A stretch of 64,000 nt of DNA from an uncultured Flavobacteriales bacterium (GTDB lineage: Bacteria; Bacteroidota; Bacteroidia; Flavobacteriales_F; PHOS-HE28), in the NCBI GenBank assembly GCA_963706125.1, contig CAVPLQ010000003.1:471571-535570 (forward strand), read 5' to 3'. The first letter of the stretch is position 1. The number at the start of each line of letters is the position of its first letter. A model generated the notes under the pieces. It did no database searches. It saw only the letters and a list, made by a program, of their open reading frames with translations, and was not told the origin of the DNA. Both the position numbers and the translations under genes were made by a program. Positions 19,660 to 28,918 of this stretch are shown here, piece after piece.

Positions 19660-20547
19660 CTAAAAGCTTGCGGCTTTCAACGTGTTCAGGAGAAGGCTTG
19701 TCACCGTCATGGGCCCTACACCGCCGGGCACGGGTGTGATCCAGGCGCACTTGGCCGCAACTTCATCAAAATCAACATCGCCGGAAATACGATAGCCCCG
19801 CTTCCGGGTGGCGTCCTCGATCCGGTGGATGCCCACATCCACCACCACCGCGCCCATCTTCACCATGTCCGCCGTGATGAAGCCGGCCTTGCCGATGGCC
19901 ACAATCAGGATGTCCGCTTGGCGGGTGATCGCAGGCAGGTCCTTCGTGCGGCTGTGCGTCAAAGTAACGGTACAGTTCCCTGGATCGGCATTACGGCTCA
20001 TCAGTATGCTCATGGGCGTGCCCACGATATTGCTCCGCCCCACCACCACACAATGCTTTCCCTCCGTGGGGATCTCGTAATACTTCAGCAATTCCACGAT
20101 GCCGTTCGGTGTGGCGGGCAAAAACCCGGGCAGCCCGAGCATCATGCGGCCCAGGTTCTGCGGATGGAAACCGTCGACGTCCTTCGAGGGGTCGATGGCC
20201 AAGGTGACGCGCTCCTCGTCGATGTGCTTGGGCAACGGCAATTGCACGATGAAGCCATCAACATCCGCATCCGCGTTCAGTTTTGCCACCAGTGCAAGCA
20301 ACTCTGCCTCGGTGGTGTCTGCAGGCTTGCGCAGCAATGTGCTCCGGAAACCCACTTCCTCGCAGGACTTTACTTTGCTGGCCACGTAGGTCTGACTGGC
20401 GGCGTCCTCACCCACAAGTATGGCGGCTAAGTGCGGTGACCTATTGCGCTTCTTCGTCACAACGACCGCTTCGATCTTGATCTGTTCACGGATCGCGCTC
20501 GATGCACGCACGCCATCGAGGAGTTGGTGGGTTTCCACTTCATTCAT
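19660..20547 (-). CDS. folD: Bifunctional methylenetetrahydrofolate dehydrogenase/methenyl-THF cyclohydrolase
   Basis: Start at MNEVETHQ (the 308-aa ORF has a 13-aa upstream extension). VGRSNIVGTPM and PVPGGVGPMT motifs. Confidence 0.93.
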   Translation of the reverse strand: MNEVETHQLLDGVRASSAIREQIKIEAVVVTKKRNRSPHLAAILVGEDAASQTYVASKVKSCEEVGFRSTLLRKPADTTEAELLALVAKLNADADVDGFIVQLPLPKHIDEERVTLAIDPSKDVDGFHPQNLGRMMLGLPGFLPATPNGIVELLKYYEIPTEGKHCVVVGRSNIVGTPMSILMSRNADPGNCTVTLTHSRTKDLPAITRQADILIVAIGKAGFITADMVKMGAVVVDVGIHRIEDATRKRGYRISGDVDFDEVAAKCAWITPVPGGVGPMTVTSLLLNTLKAASF

Positions 20548-20613
20548 GGCCTGCGAAGGTATGTGTTGCCGCCTTCGTTGGCCCAAGGTTGATCTCCATC
20601 AGGCTCCGTATCC

Positions 20614-21051
20614 TCAACGCTTCGCCGCATGCTTCAAAAGGAACTCACGGGCGTCCAGCACTTCCATCTCCGAGAAGTAGAAATCGCTTTTGTCGTAGGT
20701 CACGATGCAGCTGCACTTCGCATCCACCGCCGAGTAGTACTCAAGGCCGTCCTCGAAGTCGTGTAATTCTTTGTTCGCGATGGTCCGCTTGGCCGAAGTG
20801 CCGTCCACTTTGGTGATCTTCAGCTTCTCCAACAGCAACGCGATTTTCTTTTTAGCCAACTGCTTGCCGTTCTTCTTCTCTGCAAAGTAGGCTCCGATAG
20901 CGAGGCAGAGCGGCGAAGTGTAGACCTCGAAGCGGTTGTCGTCCGCCAAGCTCAGCACGCGGGCAGATTCCGTGAATCGCGGATACTCGTTGCATAGCAC
21001 CGTAACGAGGACGTTGGCGTCGAGGAAGATGCGCTTGGGTGGCATGGTCAA
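20614..21051 (-). CDS. PIN-domain toxin (VapC-like) of a type II toxin-antitoxin pair
   Basis: RIFLDANVLV N-terminal PIN acidic motif. 145 aa. Downstream of a small antitoxin-like ORF. Confidence 0.75.
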   Translation of the reverse strand: MTMPPKRIFLDANVLVTVLCNEYPRFTESARVLSLADDNRFEVYTSPLCLAIGAYFAEKKNGKQLAKKKIALLLEKLKITKVDGTSAKRTIANKELHDFEDGLEYYSAVDAKCSCIVTYDKSDFYFSEMEVLDAREFLLKHAAKR

Positions 21052-21136
21052 GATCTAACCGCTACGACGCGACGACGCAACGCCATGCAACGCGAACTCG
21101 TTGCGACCTCGTTGCGTCGTTGCGGTGGATGGCATT

Positions 21137-21412
21137 TCACCGGCCCTTCCTGCTTTCGAGGTAGTCCTTCTTCACAGTCTTCGCGCTGTTCTTGCGCACG
21201 TATTCCACCTCGCCTTCGCTGACCATGTTCACCCAATCTGAGACGGGCAGGTCATCCAAGCTGCGGTATTGGCGATCCACAACTTTGCTAAGAAGGAACT
21301 CAGTAAGTCGTGAAAGGCTGATGTTGTTGGCTTCCGCGAAGGCCTTCGCCTGCGCGATGACCTGCTGATCGAAGCTGAGGGTGATCTTGGAATCCATGGC
21401 CGCAGTGTTCAT
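21137..21412 (-). CDS. Putative antitoxin (DUF6364-like small protein) partnered with the PIN toxin
   Basis: MNTAAMDSKITLSFDQQVIAQAKAFAEANNISLSRLTEFLL: small charged protein upstream of the PIN gene on the same strand. Confidence 0.55.
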   Translation of the reverse strand: MNTAAMDSKITLSFDQQVIAQAKAFAEANNISLSRLTEFLLSKVVDRQYRSLDDLPVSDWVNMVSEGEVEYVRKNSAKTVKKDYLESRKGR

Positions 21413-21535
21413 ACGGCAAATGCACACATTCAATACGTACAAAACATCAATAGAGAACGCAATGAAGATTCTGTCAGAGCCGCAGGGTCCGAGGCCGGGA
21501 CCTTGGGGGAAGAGTCAATAGTGGTGTTGTTGAAC

Positions 21536-22876
21536 CTACCGCCGCATGCCCTGCGCCTGCTGCATCCGTTGCATCATCGCCTGCATCTTGCTCTTGTCGC
21601 CCATCATCTTCATCATCTTGCGGGTCTCGTCGAACTGCTTCATCAGCTTGTTCACTTCGGCCACGTTGGTGCCGCTGCCCGCCGCGATGCGCTGGCGACG
21701 GCTGCCGTTGATCACGCTCGGGGTGTTTCGCTCCGCGGGCGTCATACTGCGGATGATGGCCTCGATGCCTTTGAAGGCGTCATCCGGGATGTCGAGGTTC
21801 TTCATGGCTTTGCCCACGCCGGGGATCATGCCCATGAGGTCCTTCATGTTGCCCATCTTCTTGATCTGCTGGATCTGCTCCAGAAAATCATCGAAGCCGA
21901 ACTGGTCCTTGGCGATCTTCTTCTGCAGCGCCCGCGCCTGCTTCTCGTCGAACTGCTCCTGCGCCTTCTCCACCAAGCTCACCACATCGCCCATACCAAG
22001 GATACGCCCTGCCATGCGCTCCGGGTGGAACTCGTCCAGCGCTTCCATCTTCTCGCCCGTGCCGATGAACTTGATCGGTTTGTCGACCACGCTGCGGATG
22101 GTAAGCGCCGCACCACCGCGGGTATCACCGTCCAATTTGGTGAGCACCACGCCGTCGATGTTCAAGCGGTCATTGAACGCCTTGGCCGTGTTCACCGCGT
22201 CCTGACCGGTCATGGCGTCCACCACGAAGAGCGTCTCCTGCGGATCGATCGCCTTCTTGATCGCGGCGATCTCGTCCATCATCTTCTCGTCCACCGCGAG
22301 GCGGCCGGCGGTGTCGATGATCACGGCGGTGAAACCGTTCTGCTTGGCGTGCGCGATGGCGTTCTTCGCAATGCGCACAGGGTCCTTGTTTTCGCGCTCG
22401 CTGTAGACCTCGATCTCCAACTGCTTGCCCAGCGTCTCCAACTGGTCGATGGCAGCGGGGCGGTACACGTCGGCGGCGGTGAGCAGCACGCGCTTGCCCT
22501 TCTTGCGCAGGTAATTCGCCAGCTTGCCGCTGAAAGTGGTCTTCCCGGAGCCTTGCAGGCCGCTCATCAGCACCACCGTGGGGTTACCACCGAGGTTAAT
22601 GCCCGCGTTCTTGCCGCCCATCAGCTCGGCCAGCTCGTCCTGGGTGATCTTGGTGAGCAGCTGCCCCGGGCTCACGGCCGTCAGCACGTTCTGCCCCAGC
22701 GCCTTGGTCTTCACGCGGTCGGTGAAGTCCTTGGCGGTCTTGAAGTTCACGTCGGCATCCAACAAGGCGCGCCGCACCTCCTTCATGGTCTCGGCCACGT
22801 TGATCTCCGTGATCTGGCCTTGGCCCTTGAGTACTTTGAATGCTCTTTCGAGCTTATCACTAAGGTTCTCGAACAT
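21536..22876 (-). CDS. ffh: Signal recognition particle protein Ffh
   Basis: GLQGSGKTT G-domain, DTAGR motif, Met-rich C-terminal M domain (MMKMMGDKSKMQAMMQRMQ). Confidence 0.96.
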   Translation of the reverse strand: MFENLSDKLERAFKVLKGQGQITEINVAETMKEVRRALLDADVNFKTAKDFTDRVKTKALGQNVLTAVSPGQLLTKITQDELAELMGGKNAGINLGGNPTVVLMSGLQGSGKTTFSGKLANYLRKKGKRVLLTAADVYRPAAIDQLETLGKQLEIEVYSERENKDPVRIAKNAIAHAKQNGFTAVIIDTAGRLAVDEKMMDEIAAIKKAIDPQETLFVVDAMTGQDAVNTAKAFNDRLNIDGVVLTKLDGDTRGGAALTIRSVVDKPIKFIGTGEKMEALDEFHPERMAGRILGMGDVVSLVEKAQEQFDEKQARALQKKIAKDQFGFDDFLEQIQQIKKMGNMKDLMGMIPGVGKAMKNLDIPDDAFKGIEAIIRSMTPAERNTPSVINGSRRQRIAAGSGTNVAEVNKLMKQFDETRKMMKMMGDKSKMQAMMQRMQQAQGMRR

Positions 22877-23019
22877 CGTGCTGAAAATGGACCGCGAAGG
22901 TAGCTGACCGTGATTTCCCGGAGGACCCGATCTCCGAATGGGTGGTGAACTGTGATCCCATTACGAAACCTCTACACCAGAGCCGCGTAGGAGTGTTGGG
23001 GAAGCCAAGTTCCGCCCGA

Positions 23020-26000
23020 ATGCTTCGAAAACTCCTCATCTCCGTCCTGTTGTGTTCGCTGATCGCCACCACGGCGCAGGCCACGCACATTTCCGGTGGT
23101 GAGATCTATTACGATTGCCTCGGAGGCAACCAGTACCGGATCACCTTGGTGGTGTACCGCGACTGCGCGGGGATCGAGCTGGACAACTCCTACCCGTTGG
23201 ATATCCAAAGCCCGTGCGGCAACTCCACCATGACGGTAAGCACGCCCGGCGGGGTGGAGATCTCCCAGCTATGCGACCTGGAACTACCGAACAGTACCTG
23301 CAATGGCGGAAATCTGCCCGGCATTCAACAGTTCATCTACACCGGGACGGTGACCCTTCCACCCTGCAACTCGTGGACCATCTCCTGGACGAAAAACTGG
23401 CGGAACGGCGCCATTGCCAACTTGGTGCAGCCCGGTAACAAGAACGTGTACATCGAGGCAAACCTCAATAACCTGATCGCGCCCTGCGATGATTCCCCCC
23501 AGTTCACGAACACGGCTATCCCATACGTCTGTGCGGGATATCCGATCTCTTATAGTTACGGGGCATACGACCCGACCGGGGACTCGCTTACCTACACATT
23601 CATAAGTGCGATGAACACCGGCGCCGTGAACCTGCCTTACGTCACAGGGTTCAGCGGCACCCAGCCCATCACCGGCATCACCTTGGACCCACATACAGGA
23701 CAGGTGAACTTCACCTTGAACCAGACGGGCAACTGGGTGGTTGTGGTGCGCGTGGACCAATACGACTCTAATGGGAATTGGATCGGCTCCGTAATGCGCG
23801 ACATGCAGTTCATTGCCTATCCCTGCACCAACATCCCTCCCGATCCCGCGACAGGCATCGTGGACAACCTCAGCGGGCTGGCCACCCAGACCGGTCCACG
23901 TTCCGTGGAGATCTGTGAATCTGGTAATTTCTGCTTTGACGCGGTGATCACCGATGCGAACGCCAACAATATCCTTACAGCGACCTCGAACGTCACGCAG
24001 AACCTGCCGGGCGCCACATTCTCCTACACCGGCACGAACCCGATCACCGTCCACGTCTGCTGGACAGGTATCGCAGGCACCTCCGGTTTCTTTCCCTTCA
24101 TCATCACCGCGAACGACGGCGCATGCCCGATCCCAGCTCAACAGACCTATGTCTATTCGATACACGTGTTGCCCGGCATCAGTTATTACGGCCCTGACAT
24201 CATCGACGAATCCTGTGCAGGGAACGGGGACGGCAGCGCGTCCGTCAGCATCGACGTGGGCACAGCCCCCATCCATTACCTCTGGAGCACCGGTGATACC
24301 ACCTCTTACATCACAGCCGGTGCAGGCGATTATACAGTGACGATCAGCGATGGCAACGGCTGCGTGAACGGGCCGATCGCCGCCACCATCGGAGAAGCCA
24401 ATCAAGCCAGCACGGCTCTTGCCGGTCCGGACCTGGTGGCCTGTCAAGGTGCATTGCCCGTTGCCCTCCATGGAACGGTGACCAACGCCCCCGGAGGCAC
24501 ATGGTCCGGCGGCCTTGGCACCATCACGGGCACCGATGTCGATGCCACCTACGCACCTACAGCGGCCGAGATCGCCAGTGGCGGGGTGGATCTTTACTTC
24601 ACCGCCACGGGCGAATCGCCCTGCGGTCCGGCACAGGACACGGTGCACATCGTCTTCTCGACCAGCTTCAATAGCGCCAGCATCGGTTCCACGGACATTC
24701 TTTGCCTCGGCCATGGCAATGGCACGGCCACTTTCACCCCGAACAATGCAGCGCTCACCTATCTCTGGGATGATCCCGCCGCCCAGGCCACGGCCACAGC
24801 AACGGGGCTTTCGCCTGGACCCTACAGCGTGCTGGTGACGGACAGCTACGGCTGTGACACCACCATGAGCGTGTCCATCTCGGCACCGGCCGCGCTGGCC
24901 ATCACCAGTTTGGACGTGGTTGACGAGCAATGCGCTGGCAACGGTGATGGCAGCATCACGGCGAACGTGACCGGAGGAACGGCTCCCTACCACTATAGCT
25001 GGAGCAATGGGGACACTACTGCCACCATCCAAGCGGGTGCAGGCAGCTACACGCTCGACGTTACGGATGCCAATGGTTGTGCCGCCGCGCAAAGCAGCGC
25101 GACCATCGATGCGCTGGGACAGCCGAACGTGGCCGATGCGGGCGCGGACCTTATCGGCTGCTACGGCTCCTTGCCGGTGCAGCTCAACGGTAGTGTCACC
25201 AATGCCACGGGCGGTTCATGGTCCGGAGGGAACGGGATGTTCACCGGTGCCGGGCTGCAGCAGACCTACATGCCCACACCTGCGGAGATCATGGCCAATG
25301 GCTTGGACCTTGTGCTCACCACCACGGGCAATTCCACCTGCCCACCCGACCAGGACACCGTTCACGTCACCCTGCCCACCAGCTTCTTCAGCGCTGGCGT
25401 GGCCTTCGTGAACGCGACTTGTAACACCACTGCGACCGGTTCCGCCAGCTTCACGCCGAACGACCCGACCTTCACCTATCTCTGGAGCGACCCCGCTGCG
25501 CAGTCCACCGCCAATGCCACAGGACTGGCCGCCGGCGGTTACAGCGTGCTGGTGACGGACAGTTACGGTTGTGATACCAGCATGAGCTTAACGATCACGG
25601 CACCCGCCGCGATGGCCATTACCAGCCTGAGCGTGGTGGACGAGCAATGTGCCGGCAATGGTGACGGCAGTATCACCGCGACGGTGACCGGCGGAACATT
25701 GCCCTACCACTACACTTGGAGCAACGGCGATACCACGGCCACCATCCAGGCGGGTGCCGGGAATTATACGCTCAGTGTGATCGATGCGAATGGCTGTGCG
25801 CCCGCCCAAGGCAGTGCCACCGTCCAAGCGCTTGGTCAGCCCAATGTGGCCAATGCCGGTGCCGACCTGATAGGCTGCTTCTCCTCACTGCCCGTGCAGC
25901 TCACCGGCACGGTCACCAATGCATCGGGCGGAACATGGTCCGGAGGGAACGGGACCTTCAGTGGCACCGGCCTGCAACAGAGCTACATGCCCAGCCCGAC

Positions 26001-27834
26001 GGAGATCATGGCCAATGGCATCGACCTCGTCCTCTCCACTACGGGCAACACCACCTGTCCTGCCGACCAAGACTCGGTACACATCACGTTGCCCACCAGC
26101 TTCTTCGGATCAGTCGTGAGCAGCAGCGTACTGGTCTGCAACAACGATCATTCAGGGAGCGCCCAGTTCACCCCGAACATCCCAACGTTCACCTATCTCT
26201 GGGATGATCCCTCAGCACAAGCGACGGCAACGGCCAGCAGCCTCGCAGCAGGGACCTACACGGTGCATGTGATCGATAATTACGGTTGCGACACCACTGC
26301 ATCCGTCGTGATCACGGAGCCTTCCGCTTTGAGCGCGGCCAATGCTTCCGGTACTCCGCCATCATGCTTAGGCGGGACCAACGGCTCGGCGACCGTGCAA
26401 CCCACGGGAGGAACACCGGGCTACAGCTATCAATGGAGCAGCAATGCCAATTCACAGACCACGCCAACTGCATACGGGCTTCCTCCGGGTGCCTACACCG
26501 TTGTGGTGACGGATGCGAACGGCTGCCACGCACAGGCCACCACCACATTGACAGCTCCGACAGCGGTGACACTTACTGCGCAGGTGGATGATACTGTCTG
26601 CGTGAACGCACCGGTCCCGCTCACCGCACAGGCTTCAGGCGGCGCGGGCAGCTATACCATCACTTGGGCAGGGATCGGCACGGGGGATACGGTCCAATTC
26701 TCCTTCCCCGCTTCGCAAGTGGTGAATGTATCGGTGGTGGACCAAGCGGGATGCCCCGGCCCTATGCTGGAATTTCCTGTGACGGTGCGGGATCTTTCAC
26801 AAGCCGTCCTGCATACATACGGCGACACCGCATTCTGCCCGGGTGGAACGGCTTCCGTGGGTGCTTGGCTCACGGGCTATCCCGGCAACGCATCGATCTC
26901 CTGGCCGCAGCTTCCCGCCACCGGGAACGGCCCCTTCAGCGTACCGGCCAATTCCAGCAGGAACCTGACCGTGACAGCAACGGACGCCTGCGCGAACAAC
27001 CTCAACGGCAACGTCGTGATCACTGTGGAAACACCACCGGCGATAACGCTACCACCGATCATCGCGGAAGGCTGCGCACCGGTCACCGCGCATTTCCCCG
27101 CGGGCCTCACCAACCAGCCTGTCTCCTACCTCTGGCACTTCGGCGATGGCAGCACGAGCACCTCGATCTCGCCCGTTCACGTCTATCCCGCCGGTGATCA
27201 TACCGTTTCCTTGACCGTGACGACGCCGTTGGGCTGCAGCGCTGAGGCCCAGAACACCAGCATGGTCCATGCTTACACGCTTCCGGTGGCCGGCTTCACG
27301 GCCGATCCATGGGAGACTGACGCCGACCATGCCGACGTGCAATTCACCGATCAATCCATCGGTGATATCAGCACATGGAACTGGACCTTCGGTGATGGCG
27401 GCATCAGCATCGATCAGGACCCGGCCTATCAGTACATCGAACCGGGGACATGGCAGGTCGTGCTGTACGTGACCGATGATCACGGCTGCACGTCCAATGT
27501 TGATCACACCGTGAAGATCAACCCCATCTATGACGTGACCATACCGAATGCGTTCACGCCGGACCCGAACGGTGGCAGCGGAGGAACGTTCAACCCCATG
27601 GACCTCAGCAACGACGTGTTCTACCCCTTCATCCGCTTCGTGAAGGACTTCCGCATGCGGGTGTTCAACCGCTGGGGTGAGCTGGTGTTCGAAAGCCGCG
27701 ACATCAAACAGGGTTGGGACGGATACTACAAAGGCAAGATCAGCCCTCAGGACGTTTACGTGTACCAGGTCTGGGTGCGCTTCACCGACAACAAGGAGGT
27801 ACAACGCACCGGGGACCTGACGCTCTTCCGGTAG
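23020..27834 (+). CDS. Giant cell-surface adhesin with SprB repeats, a PKD domain and a gliding-motility-associated (type B) T9SS C-terminal sorting domain
   Basis: Signal peptide MLRKLLISVLLCSLIATTAQA at ATG 23020. About 10 SprB-type repeats (C.GNGDGS...GG..PY.Y.WS.GDTT..I.AG.Y...V.D.NGC). PKD-like YLWHFGDGSTS...GDHTVSLTV. C-terminus TIPNAFTPDPNG...FRMRVFNRWGELVFESRD..QGWDGYYKGK...VYVYQV matches the type-B CTD (TIGR04131-like). Confidence 0.9.
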   Translation: MLRKLLISVLLCSLIATTAQATHISGGEIYYDCLGGNQYRITLVVYRDCAGIELDNSYPLDIQSPCGNSTMTVSTPGGVEISQLCDLELPNSTCNGGNLPGIQQFIYTGTVTLPPCNSWTISWTKNWRNGAIANLVQPGNKNVYIEANLNNLIAPCDDSPQFTNTAIPYVCAGYPISYSYGAYDPTGDSLTYTFISAMNTGAVNLPYVTGFSGTQPITGITLDPHTGQVNFTLNQTGNWVVVVRVDQYDSNGNWIGSVMRDMQFIAYPCTNIPPDPATGIVDNLSGLATQTGPRSVEICESGNFCFDAVITDANANNILTATSNVTQNLPGATFSYTGTNPITVHVCWTGIAGTSGFFPFIITANDGACPIPAQQTYVYSIHVLPGISYYGPDIIDESCAGNGDGSASVSIDVGTAPIHYLWSTGDTTSYITAGAGDYTVTISDGNGCVNGPIAATIGEANQASTALAGPDLVACQGALPVALHGTVTNAPGGTWSGGLGTITGTDVDATYAPTAAEIASGGVDLYFTATGESPCGPAQDTVHIVFSTSFNSASIGSTDILCLGHGNGTATFTPNNAALTYLWDDPAAQATATATGLSPGPYSVLVTDSYGCDTTMSVSISAPAALAITSLDVVDEQCAGNGDGSITANVTGGTAPYHYSWSNGDTTATIQAGAGSYTLDVTDANGCAAAQSSATIDALGQPNVADAGADLIGCYGSLPVQLNGSVTNATGGSWSGGNGMFTGAGLQQTYMPTPAEIMANGLDLVLTTTGNSTCPPDQDTVHVTLPTSFFSAGVAFVNATCNTTATGSASFTPNDPTFTYLWSDPAAQSTANATGLAAGGYSVLVTDSYGCDTSMSLTITAPAAMAITSLSVVDEQCAGNGDGSITATVTGGTLPYHYTWSNGDTTATIQAGAGNYTLSVIDANGCAPAQGSATVQALGQPNVANAGADLIGCFSSLPVQLTGTVTNASGGTWSGGNGTFSGTGLQQSYMPSPTEIMANGIDLVLSTTGNTTCPADQDSVHITLPTSFFGSVVSSSVLVCNNDHSGSAQFTPNIPTFTYLWDDPSAQATATASSLAAGTYTVHVIDNYGCDTTASVVITEPSALSAANASGTPPSCLGGTNGSATVQPTGGTPGYSYQWSSNANSQTTPTAYGLPPGAYTVVVTDANGCHAQATTTLTAPTAVTLTAQVDDTVCVNAPVPLTAQASGGAGSYTITWAGIGTGDTVQFSFPASQVVNVSVVDQAGCPGPMLEFPVTVRDLSQAVLHTYGDTAFCPGGTASVGAWLTGYPGNASISWPQLPATGNGPFSVPANSSRNLTVTATDACANNLNGNVVITVETPPAITLPPIIAEGCAPVTAHFPAGLTNQPVSYLWHFGDGSTSTSISPVHVYPAGDHTVSLTVTTPLGCSAEAQNTSMVHAYTLPVAGFTADPWETDADHADVQFTDQSIGDISTWNWTFGDGGISIDQDPAYQYIEPGTWQVVLYVTDDHGCTSNVDHTVKINPIYDVTIPNAFTPDPNGGSGGTFNPMDLSNDVFYPFIRFVKDFRMRVFNRWGELVFESRDIKQGWDGYYKGKISPQDVYVYQVWVRFTDNKEVQRTGDLTLFR
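24190..26560 (+). repeat. Intragenic tandem array of 717-bp (239-aa) repeat units, about 3.3 copies, inside the adhesin gene
   Basis: Unit boundaries at 24733, 25450 and 26167 (each beginning ttcac[cg]ccgaac...tatctctgg). The two full copies look mostly identical at the DNA level by eye (not computed). Each unit holds two SprB repeats plus a linker. Confidence 0.8.
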
Positions 27835-27837
27835 ATC

Positions 27838-28839
27838 ATGGGCTTGCGGTCACATATCCTGTTCGCCACCGCCATGCTCTCGGGCCTGGGCGCGATCGCG
27901 CAGGACCCGCAGCTCTCGCAGTTCTATGCGGCACCGCTGTATTTGAACCCCGCGCTCACCGGCAATACTTTCCAGGACCGGATCGGCCTCAACTACCGCC
28001 TGCAATGGCCTGCCATCGGACCCGGATACAAGACCTACGCGGTGACATACGACCATCGGAGCCCGGCCATGAACAGCGGCATCGGTGCGATGGTGATGCG
28101 CGACCAGGCCGGCACCTTCGGGCTGTCGTTCACCCAAGCGGCCCTGAGCTACTCCTACGAGGCGCGGCTGAACAGGCGGCAAGCTATCCGCGGTGGCCTG
28201 CGGATGGGGTATACCATGCGCTCCTTTGATCCCCGGAACCTGCTCTTCGCCGATCAGGTGATCCGGGACAACGCCCCCACGTCGATCGAGCCGACCATGC
28301 TGCAAAGCGTCTCCTACTTGGACTTCTCTGCCGGTCTGCTCTACTATTCCGAGCAATTCTGGGCCGGTGCGTCCGTGAACCATATGAACCAGCCCCAGGA
28401 GACTTTCTTTCTGGACGGCGATGCCAAACTGCCCATGCGTGTAAGCGTACATACGGGCTACCGGTTCCCCCTGGACGGGCGTTCCTTCCGCCATAGTGAA
28501 ACACAGATGACACTGGCGGCGCACTACAAGGCCCAGGACAAATGGGACCAGTTGGACATCGGCGGTTACATCGACTACAGCTCCATCACCTTCGGCCTTT
28601 GGTACCGCGGCCTGCCGGGCCTGAAGACCTACCAACCGGGCTACCCGAACGATGACGCGGTGATCTTGATGTTCGGGTATGAGACGCCTTATCAGCTACG
28701 GATGGTCTATAGCTATGATGTGACGGTGTCCAAACTGACCATGAAGAGCGGTGGTGCCCACGAGATCTCCGTGATCTACGAGTGGCCAAAGCACAACAAG
28801 AACCGGAGGTACAAGGCGGTGCCATGTCCGAAGTTCTGA
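27838..28839 (+). CDS. Type IX secretion system membrane protein PorP/SprF family
   Basis: QDPQLSQFYAAPLYLNPALTGN N-terminal signature of PorP/SprF. Starts 4 nt after the type-B CTD adhesin gene (cognate-partner arrangement). Confidence 0.9.
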   Translation: MGLRSHILFATAMLSGLGAIAQDPQLSQFYAAPLYLNPALTGNTFQDRIGLNYRLQWPAIGPGYKTYAVTYDHRSPAMNSGIGAMVMRDQAGTFGLSFTQAALSYSYEARLNRRQAIRGGLRMGYTMRSFDPRNLLFADQVIRDNAPTSIEPTMLQSVSYLDFSAGLLYYSEQFWAGASVNHMNQPQETFFLDGDAKLPMRVSVHTGYRFPLDGRSFRHSETQMTLAAHYKAQDKWDQLDIGGYIDYSSITFGLWYRGLPGLKTYQPGYPNDDAVILMFGYETPYQLRMVYSYDVTVSKLTMKSGGAHEISVIYEWPKHNKNRRYKAVPCPKF

Positions 28840-28918
28840 TCCGGAAGTTCCACGAAGAACACGAAGGGCGCAAAGGGTCTTGAATGCCCACTTGCGACGA
28901 TCCCCGGTGGGAGCATCC

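Noticed and set aside
21048-21236. 62-aa ORF (MGEHGQRRRGG...) spanning the toxin-antitoxin spacer.
   Set aside because: Arg-rich, overlaps both TA genes on the same strand in another frame. It is a by-product of the GC-rich palindromic spacer rather than a gene.
24190-26560. Possible CRISPR array, suggested by regular tandem repeats.
   Set aside because: The repeats are 717 bp and 246 bp protein-coding units (SprB/HYR domains) in frame within large ORFs. There are no short repeat-spacer units or cas genes. Not CRISPR.
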